A stretch of 30,587 nucleotides of DNA. It comes from Tubiluchus corallicola. Taxonomy: Eukaryota; Animalia; Priapulida. This document shows, piece by piece, positions 21,810 through 30,587 of this stretch. The stretch lies in assembly GCA_030141605.1 (NCBI GenBank), contig JAQGDQ010001665.1, forward strand, positions 1-30,587, read 5' to 3'. Position 1 is the stretch's first letter. Each line of letters opens with the position of its first letter. The notes beneath the pieces were generated by a model. It was not told the DNA's origin. It searched no databases and worked only from the letters and a program-made list of their open reading frames with translations. The position numbers were made by a program, and so were the translations under genes.

Positions 21810-23963
21810 TTGCGATTGCGATACTCGACTCTCACCACCTATCAGAGGCGGGCACCTTTATAGGGTGCAAAGTCTATTCTTCTTTAACGCTGATCTTTTA
21901 TTTGCCTTTTCCAAGTTTAATGTCTTTATTTGTCTTTATCCTGTATTCCATACATTCGTTCACTAGATTTCTAATTTCTAGCAATCCTTCCTTTTCACTG
22001 TTCATTAATACATCTGAGTTCAAAATTTTTTCCATTCTCCATATCTGTCACATCTAAGCATATGTTCAGTAGTGTCATCATCTTCCTCACAAACTGAACA
22101 TAATAACTGATCCTTAAACTCATTCTTGTAGTTCCCTTTAACTTTAATCATATTCAGTCTTATTTTCAATATATCTTTAACCTCTTCTGGCTTGCATGTG
22201 TCTATGTAATTTTGTCGTTTCCACTCGGTATGCCTTAAAAATCTTAATTTAGTGCTGCTCCTGCATTTTTCTGCACATTCGCTTTTTATACAACATTCAA
22301 TCATATTCTTTATTTCTTTCTTCCATTCAGACTTTTTCATGACCTTCACCCTTTCTTTATTACCATCTGTGGTATATTTTTTTATAGTCTCAAATACTTC
22401 ATTATACTATGACCTTTTGTGTACACTGTTTATTTGCATTTCGAGTACCTCTGATGCTAATCTCTTTGGTTTTCTAATCAGTAAATTCCGATAGAACATC
22501 AACCTCCTATAATTCACTTTATGTTTTAGAGGCCATTTGCCTATATAAGTTACTAATCCCCAGTATGGTGTTGATTCACTAAGATTAAATAATGTTTTTA
22601 AAGCATTTGCTTGAATCGTTTCTAATTTCTCCCAATCAGTTGCTGTCAAATTTGACCATGTCTCAGAACTATTTTGCACTGCACTCACCGAGAGAAGCTC
22701 GTACTGCATTAGTTTTACCCCTATTGAGCAATCTCCCACTTTCAGCTCACCTCCTATTGTATTGATGTAACTAATTATCATTTTATTTTCCCCAGTACGT
22801 TTTCCCAACATTGTTTCATAACTACATTTTTGTATTAATCCAATCTCCCAAATATTGGTATTCCTCTACTTTCTTAACCTCTCCGTTCCTTAGTGACTCA
22901 CGTAATTCTGGAATCCTTTTCTTTCGTGTCATGTTAGTTCTCATATATTGTGTTTTCTGTATATTGAATGATAATCTTTTGGTTCTTTCAATTTCTTGAC
23001 AGTTTTTAATCATCTGCTTGATTATAGTTTCTTGTCCTATTCCGACAATATCGTCAATGAATAATAACATACCCACATGTATATTCCCACCCATTACAGT
23101 CCCTGTTATCACCATCTCATTAATCCGGTTTATTGCAGCACAACATAGTAATGGTCCCAGCACTGTTCCCTGTCCGACTATTTCATTTATTTCTATCTGG
23201 TCTGTTTTACCTAATGGTGTTTCTATGACTATTTCTGCAATTTCATTTAGTTTATGTATCATAATAATTTCTCCTGGTGATATGCCCATCCTCCATAATT
23301 CTGTCAATGCATCTTTCAACCACAACTTATCAAAACACTTTTCTATGTCACAAAAAATTATGTACATTTCATTTTTATAAAACCTGTTATACTCTAACAT
23401 TGCCTCAAGGTGTACAGATGGTCATAGACCCCTCTGTTTTTTCTTCCACCACATTGATGAACTCCTATGTTTTCTTCAAATTTAACTATTATTCTAATTT
23501 TGATCACTTTTTCCATTAGTTTACTGAAAATATTTGTTATGAACAGCCCTCGTCTATTTTTCATCTCTTTCTTGTCGCCTTTTCCCTTATAAATTGACTT
23601 TATTTTCATTTGGGCCGATTGTTTCGGTATTTTCTTTTGCTTCATTATTTCATTCAGCATTGCTACTATACTATCAATAAATCCTTTCCCTGCTTGTTTG
23701 ATCATTTCATTCTTCCATCCTTGCATGTCTGGAGCCTTTTTATTTTTTAATGATCGAACTGCTTCATTCACTTCACTGTTAGTAATTACTTTTACTTCCT
23801 CCTCACTTGCCATTTGTTCAACATGTTTGAAAATTTGTTCAACCCTTGATTCTATCATTTGCTCATATTCATCCTCTGTCTGAGTAGGAGTTAGCAATTC
23901 TTCATAATATTTTTTAAAAATCAACTTAATCTGTCTTTTCACTGTCCTAACTATTAATCTCAA
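21810..23963 (-). mobile_element. Independent antisense copy of the same LINE, 5'-truncated, with a frameshifted RT domain
   Basis: RT motifs KKAPD, NRRGLFITNIFSKLMEK, DIEKCFDKLW, GQGTVLGPLL and LFIDD are spread over ORFs 23394-23963, 22822-23400, 22407-22811 and 22020-22349. CCHC knuckle present. The reverse complement of the 3' terminus starts at 21810. Confidence 0.93.
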
Positions 23964-24455
23964 CTCTGCCCTTAATTCTCTATAAACGATCAGTTATATA
24001 AGACGAAGTTTCAGCTCTTATGCTGCTAGCTTCCCATTAACGCCATCTTGATTTTTCAAATTCCACTTTTATTTTCAACTGTTCTCTAACAGAACTTTGC
24101 ACTTCCCAGACGTAATTATTTTTCACGCTATTTTTTTCACAAACACTCATAAACACAATTTGAAAGTATTTAGTGGTATTTTAAATTCCTAAATCTCCGG
24201 ATCACAAAAACACGTCTTCACGATTTACGCGCCAACCACATCCTTGATGTCTTGTGTGGTGTCTATTAATATACGTACTATTAATTTTTCGCCCGCGATC
24301 ATTATAACACAATGCAGAAAATTCGGGAAAACATTGATTTTCTGTAATAAGGTAAGAAAAGCAACGTTGGAAGGGCGTAAACCTACAGCAACTGCGCATG
24401 AGCACGAATCGACGATAACTAAGCAATGAAGCGATTTGCGAATGAGCTGACTGAC

Positions 24456-24762
24456 ATGGGAAATCAGATGCATGAGAAAGGGACACAGAGAATGAACCCA
24501 CCAGGACCACTACAAACATCGAGGGTCATAGTCAAATAAATGTAAAACACAGAAACAGATAGAGTGCTCTCACCATTACGCTCATACATTTTCCACCATT
24601 TGCAAAAAGGCAAACTTATGGGACAAAAGGTTAATGAACAATATGGGAAATCAGATGCATAAGAAAGGGACGCAGAGAATAAACCCACCAGGACCACTAC
24701 AAACATCGAGGGTCATAGTCAATTAAATGTAAAACACAGAAACAGATAGTGTGCTCTCACCA
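24456..24762. repeat. 187-bp tandem repeat (~1.6 copies)
   Basis: ATGGGAAATCAGATGCAT...ACCCACCAGGACCACTACAAACATCGAGGG recurs at 24456 and 24643. Related pieces lie at ~21705-21790 and ~14100-14280. Confidence 0.85.
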
Positions 24763-26045
24763 TAGTGCTCTCACCGCTTCATTTATTACATAATTCCATT
24801 CTAAAGCACTAAATGTTTTCTTTATCATACGATTCACTTCAAATTTTCAGATTATATATGCCCGCAACACATTTACATTTGTATATAGATGAACAGTGTG
24901 TGAGGCTTTTCTTGTGCAGAAATTATAAAAACGTGTCAAGCTGCTTTTGCAAAGCCTCCCAATTCTAGTACAAACACAATGAGCACCACACACCACTTGA
25001 AGAACTTGCCAAGTCGTTCACACTTGCTAGTTCACTTTCGGAAGAGAATCTCTACGTCTGAACATCATCGTCATCTTAGGTGCTTCCGTTATGCATACGT
25101 TGGGCGTGGAGTAGGGCACTAGCCGAAATAGGGTAATTGGTGCACGTAGGCTAGCCCAAGTAGGACGCGTAGCAGATGGGTTAGCCCAAGTATGTCGGCT
25201 AATTCGGTTTGCAATGAATAGTAAATAATGGTATTTCTTAAAGAAAAACGGGATGATTCTGTAAACATTAGTTCAGAATAAAGAATGCTTTAAAATATTG
25301 AAAATTACAATAGCTTTTTTAAATCAGAGTTTAGATTAAATAATAATTACCTGGGATACTCAAATTTTGTTAAACACTCAAAGCTACACATGGCTCAGTG
25401 AATCTACTAAGATTGGCAGTTGCGCCTTTTTGTCACATGTGCGTGGCTGACAAATAGAAGACAGTACCGTGACAACCATGATCATGAACTGCAGGGTTAG
25501 TTTCTGATGTCATATGATGTAAAGCCCATTTTTTGTGACATGCATTTAAACAATACTGTAACACTTATGCAAACGTGCTTGACGTGCAGGGAAGATGCCT
25601 GCCATTGCACAATCTGTGGTTAGTTTTAGACATAAGCAATAGCAGTGTCCGGTTGCCGTTAATTAGCTTTGTAAGCTAATTATTCAAATATAAGGAACAA
25701 TTGTTAGCTTTTGTGGGTAAGAAAATGTATATTTTGGACAGTAAATTAAAATGAGATTGAGTCTAAACAATCGTCCAATTTTCCTTTAAAGAATATTTTT
25801 ATTGACAAACAAAAGACAGCTATTGTAGTTTATTTAAAGAAATTCAAGTTTTGTAAATATCACACGAGTAAAAAATATTCAAGACGAGCATGTTAGAAGG
25901 CAGCTCCGTCTGAAAGGGCCCATAATTTCATTAGCCTAGGAACCCTAAAACGTCATAATCCAGCCCTGATTGCCGGGTGCATCTTAGGTGTCCGGATCAA
26001 GTCGGTACAGATTTCGTTTGCAACAGTCGTAAAAGCGAAGCCGAA

Positions 26046-26165
26046 TACATGTTGACAGTCATGTACAGATACGTGTTGACAGTCGTGTACAAATACGTGT
26101 TGACAGTCGTGTACAAATACGTGTTGACAGTCATGTACAAATACGTGTTGATAGTCGTGTGCAGC
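26046..26165. repeat. 24-bp minisatellite M3, 5 copies
   Basis: Same unit as M1/M2, with the same upstream flank as M2. It closes the duplicated region. Confidence 0.95.
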
Positions 26166-27826
26166 TTTGTTAATTGACTTTTCATAGTTAATAATCATTC
26201 ACAAGTATCAATGATTACATTAGTTGTGTGCAGTACATTTAGACAGTTAAAATTTTAAAACTGTAGCTTACGCCACTGTTAAATATGCAGCTAGTATATA
26301 TATGCAGTTAAATATTAGTACAACAAGTATTGGTTGCCTTTCTGTTCAGGCGTTGGCATTACGTATTGCTATGTGCTCGTGTAATTATCTGTGATGATTT
26401 TTCTACCAGTTGTTTTTTCACGTTGTTGCATTTGCTGCTTTCAATTGAATAAACGAGGACAAAATACTCAAAATCAACTAGGTATTTTAGCCCAATGTCA
26501 TTTGCTCGTTAACCACAGATAATTTTCTTCAAACTGAGAGAGGCTATGCCATTTATTTAAAGACAGATATATGTTCACTAGGTATTGTAATTAGTGTATA
26601 GGTACAATACGTATAACACATCAGCATCACTACAATTTTACTGGTAAAAACGTTTTTCGTGTTCTTTTTAATGGATTACTGCATGGGCCACTACGTTGAA
26701 AGTGAAGTGCACTCACATTATTGACATTAGTGGGCTGTTGACATTAGTAGTTGGATTGTAAGTTGGAGTGATGAATGCTGAAACAAAATGGGAGGTCAGT
26801 TACTGCATAAATGACACACAGAAACCTTGTAAATTTTATTTCATGGTGCTGATAATTGCAGAACTCAAGTTATTTGAAATAATCTGTTACTGCAGGACAA
26901 CAAATTAAAAATGTACAGCATTTTATTAGGCGGTTCATAAACATTTGACACTGTCCAACGCTACATAACATTAGATGTCAAACATGTCACTGTAAGACGA
27001 CTGATTCATATCCTATCAACAAATTTTCATTTAACAGCAATTAGCCATGGCACGCAGTTGTGCATCAAGGTTCAGTTCTTGGCCAACTCCTATTTCTCAT
27101 CTAAATAAATGATTGAGCTGTTTTGCGGACCGATAAGCCTGAACAATCCCTTCAAAGTGCACTAACGTCAAATTATATATATAATAAACACGTGTATGTT
27201 GACAAATAAGCTGTCAGCAGGCTTCTACTATTGCAAAATATAAATTTATGCTAACCTGTAAAAATATACCTCGAAAAATAGTATAATTTTCACGTACAGT
27301 TGATACAAGTCTAATTCAAGAACGCCAAGAACATGTTCTACATCTGAGGGTTTTATTCTATGTTAGAGTAGATTACAATATGATGCATGTAAATTAATTT
27401 TTTTACATTATTGATTAGCAATTTCAAGTAATATGATGTACATGTACGCCAATTTCACTTTCAGTACTATACAACTACCAGTAGTACGAGCCTTATGATT
27501 ACTTATCTAATCTTAATACGTTTTATTCACATTTGTTAGTGCTAGTGCTAAAAATTATTAACTTTAAATAGTGGTATTAAATTTAAATTATATTCGTTAA
27601 TTAAAAATTCATGAGCTCCACAGTTCCTTCCAACCACCGTTAGCTGGGGTCACGTGTTCAAGTCACCAAAATAAGAAAAATCCATAAGAAGGTTACAGTC
27701 GTACTTTGCTTTTACAATTGTCATTATTATTTTTAATTTGCTACATATTTTGTTTTTCTTTCTCGTTCTATGTGCGCAAAAATAAATAGGCCTACATTAG
27801 TGGAAAGGGTTTCTGTCAATAACTCG

Positions 27827-28081
27827 CTATTCATTGAAGGGGGACCAATCAATAAAATCAATATCGATTTCGAAACCCGTTCCTGTTATGGAGAAATCAG
27901 TTTTGAAGTAGAGAAAAAGAGCCCGACATGTAGATTCGTACTCTGGTGGAGTAAAATTCCCACAGAGCCTGGCCAGAATGGTGGATTCGTCGTCACTGGT
28001 GCCATCGTAGATGGAAAGTGAATCCCAAAAACAAACCTCATCGTACTCAACGTCAAACGATTCAAAACTAATCTTTACTTC
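27827..28081 (-). CDS. Terminal coding exon, C-terminal part of a CUB domain
   Basis: After acceptor TTGTTTGTTTAG (28083-28082) it reads EVKISFESFDVEYDEVCFWDSLSIYDG...LARLCG...LFLYFKTDFSITGTGFEIDIDFIDWSPFNE*. These match the CUB F..FD.E..C.D.L.IYDG, .CG and F.TD....GF motifs. Confidence 0.9.
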   Translation of the reverse strand, partial: EVKISFESFDVEYDEVCFWDSLSIYDGTSDDESTILARLCGNFTPPEYESTCRALFLYFKTDFSITGTGFEIDIDFIDWSPFNE

Positions 28082-28105
28082 CTAAACAAACAACAATGCT
28101 TTTAG

Positions 28106-28515
28106 CCCTTTTATACCCGTTGTATCCGGTGGGATACGAGAATATTTTCTGCCTTTAAAATTAATAAAATTTTGAAACTCACAGTTATTTGATCTGTTAA
28201 TAGTTATTTTGATTTAAGACAATAACAATAGACTAAAAATGGTGATAAAATGGCAAACTAGAAAATCTACATAGCATAAGAAACTGCGCAAGGTACAGCA
28301 CTTTAGAGACGACTTGTACAGATCAGCATAGCATGTATACTAAATGTCTTAAATACTTTGTAAAAATGTGCTTCATTTTGCAACTGTTAATAATTTTTTA
28401 AAGTATTTAAGACATTTAGTATGCATGCTATGCTGATCTGTACAAAGTCATCTCTAAAGTGCTGTACCAAGCCACAAAATTTTTCTTATTAAAAAACAAT
28501 TTGGGACTGAAAGGG
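28106..28515. mobile_element. piggyBac-like MITE (~410 bp) in the CUB gene intron
   Basis: TTAG-CCCTTTTATACCC ... GGGACTGAAAGGG-TTAA: CCC/GGG termini with a TTAA-type target site, left copy diverged by one base. Internal long inverted repeat at 28292-28468. Confidence 0.65.
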
Positions 28516-28757
28516 TTAACTAAGAATGCTCATTGTTTTTAGTGTCTCTGTGTTATTATTATAACGAGAATTATAATGTGGTTAGTACAATATAACAAAA
28601 TATTAGAAAAAAAATGTATGACCTGTATGCCATCAACAATTTGCTTATGAAAAAACAAAGAATTTTGCCCATGAAAGTTGTTAACCAAATGGTTAAACAA
28701 ATGGGCTCCGGTTTTAGTGTTATGCAGCGTTATTTAGATATCCATACTGTTACAAAC

Positions 28758-28900
28758 CTTTCCATATGGAGCGGTAATGAGCCAGTTACAATTTGTGTTA
28801 TTTGGGTAATTGGCTGGATATCCTGGTGATGTGAGAACACCTTCTTGTGTTATCTCATGTATTTCACCACTGCAACCAGGTGTCGTGTGATTTGTGGAAT
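28758..28900 (-). CDS. Exon encoding the N-terminal part of the CUB domain
   Basis: CTTTTGACAG acceptor. Reads STNHTTPGCSGEIHEITQEGVLTSPGYPANYPNNTNCNWLITAPYGK (the SP.YP..YP....C.W.I motif). Its AAG|GTTTGT donor is phase 0, compatible with the next exon. Confidence 0.9.
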
Positions 28901-28988
28901 CTGTCAAAAGTGTCTTTTTTATTTTATCCATACTTTTTTGACATATATATTGGTGTATATTAATTTATTACTAAATATTATAATTATT

Positions 28989-28989
<1 letters not shown>

Positions 28990-29075
<86 letters not shown>
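28990..29075. repeat. (CT)n microsatellite, ~43 units
   Basis: Pure CT run inside a predicted intron. Confidence 0.98.
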
Positions 29076-29079
<4 letters not shown>

Positions 29080-29182
29080 GTCTTTCTTTCTTTCCCTCAT
29101 GCATATGCAGTCTCTCTCCCTCTTGTGAGTGTTCTGGGAACTGCTCAACACTATCTAATAGAATTTCATAAAATATCCTTAC

Positions 29183-29255
29183 TAACAGCTTGTACTTCTG
29201 CTTCTTGCCAAGAGAGAGGGTTAAGGGGTTCGTTGTGTCCGTCTGCTTGTTTTGA
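29183..29255 (-). CDS. Candidate upstream exon of the CUB gene
   Basis: TTACCAG acceptor, 73 nt open reading SKQADGHNEPLNPLSWQEAEVQAV+A, GTAAGG donor. Its phase 1 matches the start of exon 28758-28900. Confidence 0.5.
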
Positions 29256-30472
29256 CTGGTAACGGGTAACAGTATGAATGATTTTGTAATACCAAGGGTG
29301 GTATTTTCATGTTTCATTTTCAATACTTTTAGACTTTTAGTTCATTTTATGCAGTTTGGCACCCCAAAAGTTGGATCAGGCATTCAACGCTGGGATTGTG
29401 TAAACTTTGCAATTGTGGTAGAACCGGCATTTAGCTAAGTACCATGGCTAATCCTATACGATATGATAGCAAACTAGCAAAGGTGCTTTAGCCATATTTG
29501 AAAGAAAGAGTCCCTCCTACAGAAGGCAAATAACTCAGCGTTGCTTAACTTTAGATGCTAAATGCATACAGTGTGAACACACCGCTGTAGTTCTCTCGCC
29601 TCTAGTTTTGAGTGAACGAGTTTTTTTGTAACTTAGAAAAATTGGCTGCAGTTTCGTAGTATCTAATCGTACTAAGATCAAACTGTTGCTTCTTAACAAA
29701 CGTACAACTGCTCACTTATCGTAAACCAATTTGAACAGCAGATTTCATGGTGCTGTTGGTGTTGTAATAACTTTATTGATTTTTTCCTGCAATTTTATAC
29801 ATTTTCACTCTTAAGCAATTGTTATTGTGGTCCTTTATATTGTGGTGAGCTCATGATCGTGGTTTAGTGTTGTCTTGGTTACGACAGGTAATGATTGAAG
29901 TCAACCAAAACGCTTTGAACTACTGGTTAATTTCTACCGTTTGTTTGTTCCAAAGTTAAAGCAAACTTTTCAGTCCAGAACTCAATACTCTGACGGTTAA
30001 TATAGTTTTCAATGTCTCAAGCCCAAAACGTAAGACTATAATAATGAATTGTTTCCAATGAGCCAAACATCTCAAAACTCATAGGCAGATTTAGAAGTTT
30101 GCCTCCCTTACAAGCAGAGTGTCAGTGTTAGTCTGAGAGAAAGAGAGTGCCACTCAGTCTGTTCCTCTCCCTGCCTCAGCTCTCTTTTTATAAATAACCA
30201 CTACGCCTCATCAAACCAGAAAATAAGAATTAGATTTTTCCGGCTAGTGAACATCCCAGTGCCTGGCAGCCCTGTCCCATTGAGGTATGCATATAAGATT
30301 GTAATTTAAAGCATAAAACTGAGACATACAAAATTGTAGGGAAAATCAATAACCCCATAATAATATTTCATATATCGATTTTTGGAATTCAGTCAAACAT
30401 GAGAAACCTATTATTATGCTATGCGTATGGGTAGATTCTTTGAATGCCACAAAATATTCTTAAATAGCATAT

Positions 30473-30515
<43 letters not shown>

Positions 30516-30583
30516 GCAACAACAACAAGAACAACAACAGCAACAGCAACAACAACAATAATAATATTAATAAAAATAATAAT
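30473..30583. repeat. (CAA)n/(CAG) microsatellite grading into (AAT)n
   Basis: Direct reading of the sequence. Confidence 0.95.
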
Positions 30584-30587
30584 AGTA

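Larger units (their letters stand above)
15646..26045. repeat. Segmental duplication unit B (~10.4 kb)
   Basis: Direct paralog of unit A. It has extra segments at ~16038-17247, ~17802-18242 and ~21810-24455. It lacks the equivalents of A ~8499-8786 and A ~10922-13480. Confidence 0.95.

Noticed and set aside
11228-23963. An active or trans-complementing LINE (EN in copy 1, RT in the antisense copy)
   Set aside because: Both copies carry multiple frameshifts, so neither domain is intact.
24980-25210. Possible upstream ZF-gene exon (minus strand DDDDVQT*RFSSESELASVNDLASSSS)
   Set aside because: It contains a stop, is not cleanly conserved in frame in unit A, and shows no domain signature.
27770-28021. 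83-aa plus-strand ORF
   Set aside because: It is antisense to the CUB exon, which has much stronger motif support.
28845-29323. ORFs with LSLS/ERER runs
   Set aside because: They are translations of the (CT)n microsatellite.

Overview
AT-rich eukaryotic DNA, most likely an invertebrate metazoan (spliceosomal exons, non-LTR retrotransposon relics, MITEs). Bases 1-6840 are a ~159-copy 43-bp satellite, truncated by the window start, with an internal dyad. It directly abuts a head-to-tail segmental duplication built as M-unitA-M-unitB-M, where M is a 24-bp minisatellite of 9, 3 and 5 copies. Each unit carries an intact minus-strand C2H2 zinc-finger array of 84-bp repeats (15 and 18 fingers). Variation between fingers concentrates at DNA-contact positions -1, 2, 3 and 6 (a PRDM9-like pattern), and no effector domain is visible. 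The units also hold pogo/Tc1-like MITEs and decayed copies of one APE-RT LINE whose ORF1 remnant has a CCCH finger. The right end holds the last exons of a minus-strand CUB-domain gene, a piggyBac-like MITE with a long hairpin, and microsatellites. The best candidate for a novel system is the rapidly reshuffling zinc-finger cassette next to the satellite. Any functional link between the two is a hypothesis only.
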